NCBI GenBank assembly: GCA_044221725.1
Contig: JBGAON010000003.1
Location: 416,001 to 480,000, forward strand
Source of the DNA: Elusimicrobiota bacterium
Lineage (GTDB): Bacteria; Elusimicrobiota; Elusimicrobia; F11
Direction of reading: 5' to 3'
DNA: 64,000 nt
Shown here: one piece after another, positions 9,960 to 18,967 of the stretch
How the letters are laid out: each line of letters begins with the position of its first letter
Numbering within the stretch: position 1 is the stretch's first letter
Notes under the pieces: model-generated
Seen by the model: only the letters and a program-made list of their open reading frames with translations
Told to the model about the DNA's origin: nothing
Database searches by the model: none
Position numbers and translations under genes: made by a program

Positions 9960-10325
9960 AACAATATAAAGGTACTCGGACATCGCAAAAAGGTCTCCGA
10001 GTTCACTGATGTCTTTCATTTTGGCCGTGAAGATCGCAACCACCATCGTTCCAATCAGCGGAATGGACGCGAAACGCGTGAAAAGTCCCAACAACACCAA
10101 CAATCCGCAACCAAATTCGACGCAGGCGACGAATGGAGCTTGAATGTTTGCCGCCGGAATGCCGAGCTCGGTAAAAAACTCGACGACTTTATCCAGGTGA
10201 TGAAGTTTTCCCCATCCCGACTGGATGAAAATGTAACCAATCGTTACACGGGCCAACACGGCCGGCAACCAACCTAATTTGCTGCAAATGTTTCGAAAAC
10301 GACTTGCGATGCCATTATTATCCAT
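9879..10325 (-). CDS. DoxX-family membrane protein
   Basis: ARVTIGYIFIQSGWGKL..VEFGCGLLVLLGLFTR..GSGCISID. Confidence 0.88.
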   Translation of the reverse strand: MDNNGIASRFRNICSKLGWLPAVLARVTIGYIFIQSGWGKLHHLDKVVEFFTELGIPAANIQAPFVACVEFGCGLLVLLGLFTRFASIPLIGTMVVAIFTAKMKDISELGDLFAMSEYLYIVLLLYLIVHGSGCISIDHFWCRRARNE

Positions 10326-10394
10326 TCCGATCCTCCTGCTTCAATCACACTGCGCTGTATGTTAGCGAGGCGGGCCCTTCTTATCAAATTAATT

Positions 10395-11681
10395 CTATTG
10401 CGAACGTTCGCGAGCGGCCAAATCCTTTAATGACATGCCTTCCTCATTTTGCCGCGAGCGGTGTTTGCTGCTACCAATTCTTTGCGAATGATAAATGCCG
10501 GCGTGCCCGGAAAACAAATAGGCTGATACGCAGGCGACCGCCATATAGATGGCGGATTCATGCCCGAAGAGTTCGATTCCCATGAGCGTGCAAGCGAGCG
10601 GTACGTTGGCGGCGCCCGCAAAAATTGCTGAAAAGCCCATGCCCGCCAAGAGTGGCATTGGTAGCGGAATTAATCGTGACAGCGCGTTTCCGAGCGTCGC
10701 ACCGATGAAAAATAGAGGCGTGACTTCCCCTCCCTTGAAACCGGATCCGAGCGTCAACACGGTCGTGAAAAATTTCCCCGCGAAATCCCAGGGCGGCAAG
10801 CGTTCGTCAAATGCACCGTGAATCACCGGAAGGCCAAGCCCAATGTAGCGTGTTGACTGCGTTAGAAAAACAAGAAGCGCCACAACGATTCCGCCAATGA
10901 ACGGCCGCAGCGGTGGGTAGCTCACATTTTTCTTGAAGGCCGCATCAACACCGTGCGCCGCTTTTGCAAAGAGCATTCCAACAATTCCAAACAGAATGCC
11001 AGCGACGACCGCCCAGCAAAGCCCGACCGGAGTCACGTTTGGACTTAACGGAATTTTGTACATGGTGTGCTGAACGCCGAGCAGTGCTGCGATCCAATGT
11101 CCGACGATGGAAGCGACCAAGCACGGAAACAATGCCTCGTACCGAAGCCGACCAATCGCAAGCACTTCAAGTCCAAAGACCGTCCCCGCCAAAGGGGTGC
11201 CAAACACGGAGGCAAATCCGCCGCTCAAACCGGCCATGAGAACAATTCGCCGATCTTCTTTTGATAATCCCAGCGGTCGACAAAGCTGATCGGCTAACGA
11301 ACCGCCCATTTGAACGGCTGTCCCTTCGCGGCCCGCCGATCCGCCGAACAAATGCGTAACAATGCTGCTGACGAGGATGAGCGGCGCCATGAGCAGTGGA
11401 ATTGTGTGCTGCGGATCGTGCACTTCGTCCAAAATGAGGTTGTTGCCGGCTTCGACGTCTTTGCCGATTTTGTGATACGTCCAGCCAACGACGAGTCCAG
11501 CGACGGGCAAACATGCGATGATCCAAACATGTTGCTCGCGCCAATGCGTGACCCGATCAAGTGATTTAAGAAACAGCGCGGAGGCGAGACCAGCAAAAAT
11601 ACCGATCACGGATGCGATCAGCAACCACTTAATCACATCGGGAAATACATCAAACTGTTCGTAGCGGTGAGGGATCTTCAT
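10395..11681 (-). CDS. CLC-family transporter, CLC-F (fluoride/H+ antiporter) clade
   Basis: Contains the three CLC-F signature motifs GNNLI, GREGT and GEVTP. Confidence 0.88.
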   Translation of the reverse strand: MKIPHRYEQFDVFPDVIKWLLIASVIGIFAGLASALFLKSLDRVTHWREQHVWIIACLPVAGLVVGWTYHKIGKDVEAGNNLILDEVHDPQHTIPLLMAPLILVSSIVTHLFGGSAGREGTAVQMGGSLADQLCRPLGLSKEDRRIVLMAGLSGGFASVFGTPLAGTVFGLEVLAIGRLRYEALFPCLVASIVGHWIAALLGVQHTMYKIPLSPNVTPVGLCWAVVAGILFGIVGMLFAKAAHGVDAAFKKNVSYPPLRPFIGGIVVALLVFLTQSTRYIGLGLPVIHGAFDERLPPWDFAGKFFTTVLTLGSGFKGGEVTPLFFIGATLGNALSRLIPLPMPLLAGMGFSAIFAGAANVPLACTLMGIELFGHESAIYMAVACVSAYLFSGHAGIYHSQRIGSSKHRSRQNEEGMSLKDLAARERSQ

Positions 11682-11714
11682 TCCGGACTTAAATAAGATA
11701 TTCGTCCGCTGATT

Positions 11715-13859
11715 TCAATTCGTCTTAGCTTCTTCGCGGATGGGAAGCGTGAAGTAAAATGTTGAACCTTTGCCGAGATAGGAATTAGCCCAAATTTTCC
11801 CACCCTCTTTTTCAATAATTTTTTTGCAAATAGCCAAGCCGATTCCGCTTCCCGGCTTACCGGCGGTGTGGTCTCTGTGGAAGATGTTGAAAATCTGTTT
11901 TGCCTGTTTTGGGTCAAAACCAATTCCATTGTCTTTAATTCGAAAAACCCAAAAGCCGCCGTCCCGTCTGGCGGAAATATTAATTGTTGCCTGTTCCTTC
12001 CAACAGTATTTTATGGCGTTCCCGATTAGATTCGTCATGAGTTGAATCATGTGAACTTTGCGGGCATTGATCGTTGGAAGCTCCGTCGTGCTGATGTTCA
12101 GGCGAACTCCCTGGCTTTGAACGCCAAGGTCCTCAAGAGTCTCGCGCACAACGTCGCGCATCTCAACCGGTCCGAATCCTTCCGAAGTTCGCGTGGCCTT
12201 CGAATATTCCAGTAGATCGGCAATGAGGCGACTCATTTTCAAAGCGGAATTTTGCATCCGACCTAGGTGTTCCAGCGCATTGGTGGCGTTTGATTGGAAA
12301 TTTGTCGCAACCAAATCGCCGAACGAGATAATCTTTCTCAACGGCGATTGCAGGTCATGAGAAACCATATGAGCGAAATCTTCGAGATCTTTATTTGATT
12401 TGGCCAGTGTGTCCGCGTGTGTCCTCAAAATTTCGTCCATGCGAAAACGTTCAATGAAATCGACCGCCTGCCGCACGTACAGGTTCAGTCGACGCAAATC
12501 CTGTTCGTTCGAGCGGTGCGGAGATCGCCAGTGCGTCGACAGAATTCCGATGAGTTTGCCATTTGATCCCACGAGCGGGGTCGATTGGACGCCACGGTAT
12601 CCGGCTGCCCGAGCAACTGACCGCAGCGGCTCGTACTCAGCATCCGTCTCCACATCCTCAATGACGACCCGTTGACCGCCACGCAATGCTCGTCCACAGG
12701 CCGATGTGTCCTCTGAGCTCACTTCCCTAAAAAAATCGAGAAAATCCTGCTTACTGTCTTGGTGCGACGCAATTCGAAGCACTCGACCGTCGGAATTAAG
12801 TAACTGAATGTTGCCCATGTCAGCCCCGAGTATTTCAATGCCCGCTGCGAGAATTTCATCGAGTCCCTTTTGGAAATCACGTATCTGCCACAATCGTGAT
12901 CCAAGCGTATTAAGCTTGGCGAGGGCTTCCGTTTCCATTTTCAAGTGATCCTCGCTCGCGAGAAGCGCCTGTTCGGCATTTTTGCGGCCAATTAAATTGG
13001 CCGTTTGGCGAACGAGCATATCCAGTAACCAAAGTTCGTGTTCGTCCGGAAAGTGAAGTTCTGTCCACTGGGTTGTGAGAACACCAAGAAGGGCGCCCGT
13101 GTGGCTAATCATCGGAGTCGACTGAATCGACCGTATCCCGGCTTTGCGCAAAATCTCGAGAGAACGCGTGCTGCGAAACATGTCGCTCTTTTCTATGTCG
13201 GCAATGACCACTCTTTGAGATTTCTTTAAAGCTTCTCCGCAGACAGACGCGACTTTTTCGGCTTCTGCGAAATACTCAAGAAAATATGGATCATGCGCAT
13301 GGTGAGCCACAATCCGCAGAGAATCCCCCTCCACTATCTGCAATGTGCCCTTGGGGGCTTTCATGAGCAAAACGGCGGTATCCATGACGTCCTGATACAT
13401 GGACTGCGATTCTTGGGCGTTCAGGAGTTTTTCGCTAAGAGTGTGTAGCTCAGTCAGAGCAGTTAAGTCCGCCGCTTTCCGATCTGCGGCCGCCTGCAAG
13501 CGTTGGTTGGACCGGCGGACCATCTCGCCCAGGCAGATAACAATGCCCGAGGAGATCACATAACCACTTAGCAGACGCCATAAGACCGGGAAGGGCACAT
13601 GGAAAGAATTTCTCGGGAAGATTAAAAAATAGTCCGCGACCAGGAATCCGATAATCGCTGCAAGAGTTGCGGGTTTCCAGCCGCCAATCAAGACAGACAA
13701 CCCCAGTCCACCAAAGAGAAAGACAAATACGAAATGCTCTTCCAGAAATGGATCGTTTAGCCACCGGAAGAGGAGCGCTAGTCCAACCATCGCGAGTGCA
13801 GCGCAATAACGCAAAATGGGATGCTTTTTCAGAACTTCGTTAGGGTTCGTTGTGGCCAC
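11715..13859 (-). CDS. Sensor histidine kinase with N-terminal DUF4118-like TM region and two GAF domains
   Basis: Two GAF repeats (QSTPMIS..LLGVLTT; QSTPLVG..LIGILST), SHDLQSPLR H-box, DNGIG, GSGIGLAIC. Confidence 0.9.
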   Translation of the reverse strand: MATTNPNEVLKKHPILRYCAALAMVGLALLFRWLNDPFLEEHFVFVFLFGGLGLSVLIGGWKPATLAAIIGFLVADYFLIFPRNSFHVPFPVLWRLLSGYVISSGIVICLGEMVRRSNQRLQAAADRKAADLTALTELHTLSEKLLNAQESQSMYQDVMDTAVLLMKAPKGTLQIVEGDSLRIVAHHAHDPYFLEYFAEAEKVASVCGEALKKSQRVVIADIEKSDMFRSTRSLEILRKAGIRSIQSTPMISHTGALLGVLTTQWTELHFPDEHELWLLDMLVRQTANLIGRKNAEQALLASEDHLKMETEALAKLNTLGSRLWQIRDFQKGLDEILAAGIEILGADMGNIQLLNSDGRVLRIASHQDSKQDFLDFFREVSSEDTSACGRALRGGQRVVIEDVETDAEYEPLRSVARAAGYRGVQSTPLVGSNGKLIGILSTHWRSPHRSNEQDLRRLNLYVRQAVDFIERFRMDEILRTHADTLAKSNKDLEDFAHMVSHDLQSPLRKIISFGDLVATNFQSNATNALEHLGRMQNSALKMSRLIADLLEYSKATRTSEGFGPVEMRDVVRETLEDLGVQSQGVRLNISTTELPTINARKVHMIQLMTNLIGNAIKYCWKEQATINISARRDGGFWVFRIKDNGIGFDPKQAKQIFNIFHRDHTAGKPGSGIGLAICKKIIEKEGGKIWANSYLGKGSTFYFTLPIREEAKTN

Positions 13860-13989
13860 CTCGCCGCCGCAAATTTACCTGCCCAGCGCGCAACGCATGA
13901 ATGCCAAGGCAGGACAGCTAAATTTTATCACACGCACAAGAGGCACAGACTTGGACTTGTCGGATTATTATTCCGATCGCACGGGTGCG

Positions 13990-14017
13990 AAGGGTAACTA
14001 TGTGCCAGGAATGATCA
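13990..14017 (+). mobile_element. Degenerate IS481-like end remnant
   Basis: AAGGGTAACTATGTGCCAGGAATGATCA resembles the repeat unit at 15487-15512, same orientation. Confidence 0.35.
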
Positions 14018-14144
14018 ATCCGTCCCCATTCGACGCTTATGTCGAGTTCGTCAAAGCGTTGTTTTATGCCTTCTACGTCAATTGTCTTCTAAATCTTCTA
14101 GCCCGAGAGCAATGGAGTCAACCGCGTTTTTTAACAGCTCATGG

Positions 14145-14786
14145 TCAACGCTCGCCATTGCCTTCCCGCTCATTGGAGCACTCTTTGATGAATTGAATTA
14201 GTTCACGATAATTTTCTTGATCCGCACTCTTCATCGACTTGATGTATCGCTTGCGGACGTCGTCCCCTCGTTCCATGCGTTGAATTTGTGGCCATTGTGG
14301 CAGAGGATTTTTTCTCGAACGGAAAAAGATATCGGTCATTAGTCTGGCATGACGGCCGTTCCCGTTCTTGAAAGGGTGAACCTTCGTCAGTCGATTTTGA
14401 AGACGCGCAGCGATTTCCAAAATCGGCATCGAAGCTTTCGGAGAATTCCAAAACACAAAGTCGCCGCAGAGCACCTTCACCTGTTCGGGCACTTTGTGCC
14501 AGTCGACGCCCATGTTCACGTTTCCCGTGCGATATTTGCCCGCCCAATCCCAAATCTCACCGAACATATCCAAGTGAACACGACGGATAAATTCTTCTGT
14601 AAGCCATGTGCCGTCGGCAGCTTTTCGTCGAGCGCGATGGACGTGCTTCTCATAGGCACGGTCAATTGCTTCTAACTCCGCAGCATCACGAGCGCGTTTA
14701 TCTGCGAGTTGTGGCTGAATAAGGCCGGATTCGTCGTCGCCGGCCGTTGCGCCAGCTGTCTTTGAATCGTCAGTCATTTTTGTCAC
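14145..14786 (-). CDS. Mobile mystery protein B (Fic domain)
   Basis: HPFKNGNGRHARL Fic motif; HLDMFGEIWDWAGKYR; paired with XRE partner. Confidence 0.88.
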   Translation of the reverse strand: MTKMTDDSKTAGATAGDDESGLIQPQLADKRARDAAELEAIDRAYEKHVHRARRKAADGTWLTEEFIRRVHLDMFGEIWDWAGKYRTGNVNMGVDWHKVPEQVKVLCGDFVFWNSPKASMPILEIAARLQNRLTKVHPFKNGNGRHARLMTDIFFRSRKNPLPQWPQIQRMERGDDVRKRYIKSMKSADQENYRELIQFIKECSNEREGNGER

Positions 14787-15237
14787 GCCACAAACGTTCG
14801 CGTTTGTCTTGGATTATCTCGTCCGTTCGTTTCTCTAGGAGACTCTTAAATATCTCGGAATCCGGCGCCTGCTCTTCAAGAGCCATTGTTCCCATGGACT
14901 GTTTGAGTCGTCGTAAGGCCACGGCACGCGCACGATCGCGCAACAAGTCTTCGAGCGGCTTGATTGGGCGTGGCTGTACAACGAGGTCAGACGATAGCGC
15001 CTTGAATACTTTTTTTAGGGTGCTGATTTGCGGATCGATCTTTCCGGCTTCGATACTTGCGATATGCGACTGTGGCATCTTCGCTCGTTTTGCGAGTTCG
15101 GCTTGAGTCATTCGAAGGGAGGTTCGAAGTATGCGAACCCAATCGGAAAAAGACGGGGCCCATGTCGGCTGCTCATTTTGAGTCGCCAAGTGGGAAAGAG
15201 AAAGGTCCTCCACGATGTTTAATTTTTTTCGTCTCAT
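14770..15237 (-). CDS. Mobile mystery protein A (XRE HTH)
   Basis: WVRILRTSLRMTQAELAKR..IEAG HTH; TMALEEQ and RLW C-terminal motifs. Confidence 0.85.
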   Translation of the reverse strand: MRRKKLNIVEDLSLSHLATQNEQPTWAPSFSDWVRILRTSLRMTQAELAKRAKMPQSHIASIEAGKIDPQISTLKKVFKALSSDLVVQPRPIKPLEDLLRDRARAVALRRLKQSMGTMALEEQAPDSEIFKSLLEKRTDEIIQDKRERLWRDKND

Positions 15238-15253
15238 AATACGAATTTATATG

Positions 15254-15330
15254 TTTAAATAGATTATATCAACACATAAAAATATATTTAAGTAGATAAA
15301 ATATAGCGTAAAAATAGCAGTTAAATAGAT
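15254..15330. promoter_or_regulatory. Three 11-bp direct repeats at a 33-bp period upstream of mobile mystery A (candidate operator)
   Basis: TTTAAATAGAT 15254, TTTAAGTAGAT 15287, GTTAAATAGAT 15320. Confidence 0.5.
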
Positions 15331-15484
15331 CATAAGCCGCGGAAATGCCTGAAAACCAATCGAAAATGTGGGTATGAGAGCACATGCGAGATTGTGAAGA
15401 GGTCGATTCCCTTCATAGTTGTTCCACTTCAAACGGCGTTTGATTGGGATGCTTGTGAGGGGCGCGGCGTAATCTGATATGCCA

Positions 15485-15540
15485 TGAAGTGTAAACTACG
15501 TGCCGGGTATGAAGTGTTACCCATGTCTTCGGTATTGACA
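15485..15540 (+). mobile_element. IS481-family-like terminal sequence without a transposase
   Basis: Two 25-bp units TGAAGTGTAAACTACGTGCCGGGTA / TGAAGTGTTACCCATGTCTTCGGTA ending in ..TTGACA; resembles IS481 ends (terminal TGT..ACA, internal TGTTACCCATGT repeats) as recalled. Confidence 0.55.
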
Positions 15541-15551
15541 AAGTACAAAGG

Positions 15552-15598
15552 TTTCGGAGCGGCGGGAATTGAACCCGCGACCTCACCCACCCCAAGGG
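15552..15598 (-). repeat. att site: displaced 3' part of tRNA-Pro(GGG)
   Basis: 47-bp direct repeat of 27354-27400 with 2 mismatches (15563/27365, 15577/27379). Confidence 0.95.
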
Positions 15599-15643
15599 CG
15601 ATAGAGGTGCTTCCGACGAGTTGTGATTCAAGCATTTTCATTC

Positions 15644-15665
15644 TACCGGTTCCATATTGGTTCCA
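15644..15665. repeat. Tandem 11-bp repeat pair, putative integrase arm-type sites
   Basis: TACCGGTTCCA TATTGGTTCCA then GT; 24/28 identical to 27239-27266. Confidence 0.7.
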
Positions 15666-15680
15666 GTAATGTTCAAAAAA

Positions 15681-17828
15681 TCAGTCTAAAAACGTCAGCT
15701 GTTTTGACGTGCTAATGACCTTTGGAAGTCTCCACCTTGAACACATTCGACATCCAGCCTTGGCCCTATTGAGTACGGTGGCTTCCCACTCATGTCCATT
15801 CTTACATTGCCACCAAACTTTATTACTGGAATATGGCTTTACATCCCCGGGTGTTAGTTTCCCATTCATTGTTGGATGCCACTCTTGGGCAAGATGTGGT
15901 TTCTTGGCGGCTAATGATGTCTCGCTGGTAGCACGTCGCCCTGAACAAAACGGGCAACCAGTACCGTTAAACCTATCAACAACCTTTGCGTTCCACTCAT
16001 GGCCCTTATTGCATTGCCACCAAACTCTTCTATGCGATCCGGCGAGTAAGTTTTCAGGAGTTAAGTCGCCATTTATCGTTAGATGCAACTCTTTTGCTAA
16101 TTTTGGATTCTTAATGGCCAAGCAATTATCCGCACAAACTTTCTTGTTACCGCAATACGGACATCCCCTCCCTGCTGATCTATTGCCTATTGATGAGACC
16201 CATTCATGGCCTTTTTGGCATTGCCACCAAACTTTTTTATTGGATCGGAACGTCACATCGCCAGAGGTTAGCGTACCGTTTTTAGATGGATGCCACTCTT
16301 GAGCTAACAGAGGTTTTTTAGTTGCAAGCGATGTCTCTTTTGTTGCTCTCAACCCCGAACAATATGGACAATTATGACCCGCTGACCTATTGTTGGATGC
16401 GGCTTCCCACTCATGTCCCTTCTCACACATCCACCAAACTTTTTTATTTGAAAAAGGTACGACGTCGTGGGCCGTCAGTACTCCATTCCTTGTTGGATGC
16501 CACTCGTTCGCTAATTTTGGATTGATTGCGGCTAAGCTGTTATCGCCGCAAACTTTCTTATTGCCACAATACGGACATTTCGTTTTACTCGCCGTCCTAT
16601 CACTGATTTTTGCTTCCCACTCATGTCCCTTTTGGCATTGCCACCATACCCGCGAATTTGACATTGGAGTTACGTCACTTGGTGTTAGCTTGCCGTTTTT
16701 GGACGAATGCCACTCTCGGGCGAGTTTGGTATTTAGATCGGCCACAGAAGTACCGGGGAAAGGCGAAGGAAGCATGTCTAACAAGTTTTTGAATGCTTCA
16801 TCATTCGCTAACCCAGATTTTTTCAAGTACGCATCTACTCTTAATTGATCGGGTTCGGAGAGAGTGCAAATCTCTTTAATGCCTTTAAGCAGAGAATCTA
16901 TCAACGGTTTTTCTTTCTTCTTTGTGAAATCGAAGGTAACATCATAGTTGGAGATTGTGTCTAATCCTTTTTCTCGCACTCGAATAAGTTTTACACCCTT
17001 TTTTTCAAGGAATAGATTTTTGGCGTGATCCTTCTTGTGCTTATCTTTATGCCAATACACCCCGTCATATTCCAATCCCACCATTAGCGAAGGTATGTAA
17101 ATATCACACTCAACTTTATTGATTTTTTCTCTATGTCTGGTGTCAGGAAAAATATGGCTAAGCTCCGTGTAAATTCTTAACTCCATTAGTGATGTCTTAT
17201 TGGTACAGAAGGAACAACCTGTTCCGCGTCCCGATCTGCTACATACACTTGCTATGTATTCGTGGCCTTTCTTGCATATCCACCATATTTTCCTACCAGA
17301 GGCCGATGTCGCATCATTAGGTGTCAAAATTCCGTTTTTGGATGGATGCCATTCCTTCGCTAATTTCGGGTGCTTATTGGCCAAGCAATTATCCACACAA
17401 ACTTTTTTACTGGCACAAAAGGGACAGCCAATTCCATTTGATCTACTTTTAACAATCGCTTCCCAAGCATGACCTTTATGACATAGCCACCAAATCATTT
17501 TCTTTGATCCAGTCGTTATATGGTCAGGCGTCAAGAATTCGTTCTTAGTGGGATGCCATTCTTTGGACAAGGTAGGATTGAGTGTGGCCAAAGAGTTACC
17601 TTCATACACTTTCTGATTTACACAATAGGGACAGCCCCGGCCATGCTGACTTCTATTGCTAATAATACTCTCCCACTCATGCCCTTTTTTGCAATGCCAC
17701 CAAACCCGTTTATGTGACATTGGGCCGACATCCGTAGGCGACAAGGTGCCATTTTTGGATGGATGCCATTCTTGGGATAGCAAGGGGTGAACTACGAATA
17801 AATTATGCTGACTCGTGACTTTGGACAT
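15681..17828 (-). CDS. Zinc-ribbon repeat protein (8 DUF4379-like repeats) with a central PD-(D/E)XK/Vsr-like endonuclease domain
   Basis: Eight EWHPxKN..WWxCxKGHEW..CPxC repeats (3+5) around TSLMELRIY..ECDIYIP..GLEYDGVYWH..LIRVRE. Confidence 0.85.
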   Translation of the reverse strand: MSKVTSQHNLFVVHPLLSQEWHPSKNGTLSPTDVGPMSHKRVWWHCKKGHEWESIISNRSQHGRGCPYCVNQKVYEGNSLATLNPTLSKEWHPTKNEFLTPDHITTGSKKMIWWLCHKGHAWEAIVKSRSNGIGCPFCASKKVCVDNCLANKHPKLAKEWHPSKNGILTPNDATSASGRKIWWICKKGHEYIASVCSRSGRGTGCSFCTNKTSLMELRIYTELSHIFPDTRHREKINKVECDIYIPSLMVGLEYDGVYWHKDKHKKDHAKNLFLEKKGVKLIRVREKGLDTISNYDVTFDFTKKKEKPLIDSLLKGIKEICTLSEPDQLRVDAYLKKSGLANDEAFKNLLDMLPSPFPGTSVADLNTKLAREWHSSKNGKLTPSDVTPMSNSRVWWQCQKGHEWEAKISDRTASKTKCPYCGNKKVCGDNSLAAINPKLANEWHPTRNGVLTAHDVVPFSNKKVWWMCEKGHEWEAASNNRSAGHNCPYCSGLRATKETSLATKKPLLAQEWHPSKNGTLTSGDVTFRSNKKVWWQCQKGHEWVSSIGNRSAGRGCPYCGNKKVCADNCLAIKNPKLAKELHLTINGDLTPENLLAGSHRRVWWQCNKGHEWNAKVVDRFNGTGCPFCSGRRATSETSLAAKKPHLAQEWHPTMNGKLTPGDVKPYSSNKVWWQCKNGHEWEATVLNRAKAGCRMCSRWRLPKVISTSKQLTFLD

Positions 17829-17839
17829 AAAAAATTTAC

Positions 17840-17861
17840 CACCGGTTCTATATCGGTATTA
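17840..17861. repeat. Internal degenerate copy of the 11-bp arm-type repeat pair
   Basis: CACCGGTTCTA TATCGGTATTA then GTGA, in the 44-bp gap between the two cargo genes. Confidence 0.6.
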
Positions 17862-17872
17862 GTGATTTGGGC

Positions 17873-18964
17873 TTATTTCCCTCTTTCGAGATCAATTTGG
17901 AACTGAATAGCTTCATCAATTCGGTTTTCAGCGTGGGAGGCTAAGATTTCAATTTCGATCAACTTTTTATCTATTTCTAAATACTGATTTATTGCGGAAT
18001 CCAGTGTTGTTGCTTTCTCAAGCAGCTGCATTTCGTTTTTGACTGACGAGAGCATCTCAGAATTATTTTTTGGTTTAAATGATTTATAGGCCTTTTCAAT
18101 CATATTTGTAACCCGTTGTTCAACAAGTCGATATTCTTCGCGCTCTGGTTTGATACCCTCAACTTGGCCGGTTATTCGATAGTTCATTTGTTTTAGATCA
18201 TTTGACAAATCATCTTCGATACCTTGAAGCTCAAAAGCGGCTTTTTTGAAAAGCTCGTCAAGTTCTTGTTCTGTTTTGCAGAAGAGCGAGTTCTCCTTCA
18301 TAAATTCAAATTTTGATATTCGATCCTTAATATCTGCTACAAAAGAGCGCCGCATTTTATCGGTGTCTGCTTCGATACATTTCTCAAAAAATTGGGCAGC
18401 TTCTCTTGCGGCCTTCCCATAATCAATAAAGTTATTTGTCTTAACGAATTTACTTATTGATTTTGATTGGTCTACTGAAATGCCCTCCATGCTGACTTTC
18501 ATTCCTGATCCGCCATTACCAGAAGTGTTTTCAAATAAACGAAGCGTCGAGAGGAAAGCAATACGTGCAATCGTCGAAATGACATTCTGGTTGTGAGTGT
18601 CTCGATGGTATGCTGCATTTCGATAGAAGTTTAAGACTTTAAAAATAATTGCATCTGATTGGGTAAGCAAGCCACTTTTGGACAAACAAAAATCGACTTT
18701 TTCATCAAAAAATCGAAAAACCTTTTGTCGATATTGAGATGAGTATTTTGGAACGGATACTCGTGAAAAATAAATATCTTGATCAAAACTTGAGATAGCT
18801 TCGATAAACATTAAGCCTTCAGCCAGGCTGTGGATCAAAATAATAGCCATGCGAGACTTTTCATGATCATCGGCTTGTATGAGATTACTTACAACATCAA
18901 AATGATCAAGCGATGCTTTGAATCGCTCGAACGTTGGCCTAAAGAGCAAAGCATGTCGTTTCAT
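17873..18964 (-). CDS. Hypothetical protein with a putative HEPN RNase domain
   Basis: RNAAYH (Rx4H, 18605-18622) preceded by helix RMAIILIHSLAE, typical of HEPN domains; helical C-terminus. Confidence 0.6.
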   Translation of the reverse strand: MKRHALLFRPTFERFKASLDHFDVVSNLIQADDHEKSRMAIILIHSLAEGLMFIEAISSFDQDIYFSRVSVPKYSSQYRQKVFRFFDEKVDFCLSKSGLLTQSDAIIFKVLNFYRNAAYHRDTHNQNVISTIARIAFLSTLRLFENTSGNGGSGMKVSMEGISVDQSKSISKFVKTNNFIDYGKAAREAAQFFEKCIEADTDKMRRSFVADIKDRISKFEFMKENSLFCKTEQELDELFKKAAFELQGIEDDLSNDLKQMNYRITGQVEGIKPEREEYRLVEQRVTNMIEKAYKSFKPKNNSEMLSSVKNEMQLLEKATTLDSAINQYLEIDKKLIEIEILASHAENRIDEAIQFQIDLERGK

Positions 18965-18967
18965 GTT

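Noticed and set aside
11682..11714. Fluoride riboswitch upstream of CLC-F
   Set aside because: The gap is too short and lacks the consensus
13816..14196. 126-aa plus-strand ORF
   Set aside because: Overlaps both neighbouring genes, has no motifs and spans a probable promoter and IS scar
15331..15484. Transposase remnant next to the IS481-like end
   Set aside because: No frame gives a recognisable DDE transposase segment by eye
15552..15598. Second tRNA-Pro gene
   Set aside because: Only the 3' part is present, with no D arm or 5' acceptor strand; it is an att remnant
15681..17828. Recurring DNA motifs (GGATGCCA, TGCCACCA) as a CRISPR array or DGR template/variable repeats
   Set aside because: They are the coding repeats of the zinc-ribbon protein at about 205-210 bp period; no cas genes or reverse transcriptase in the window
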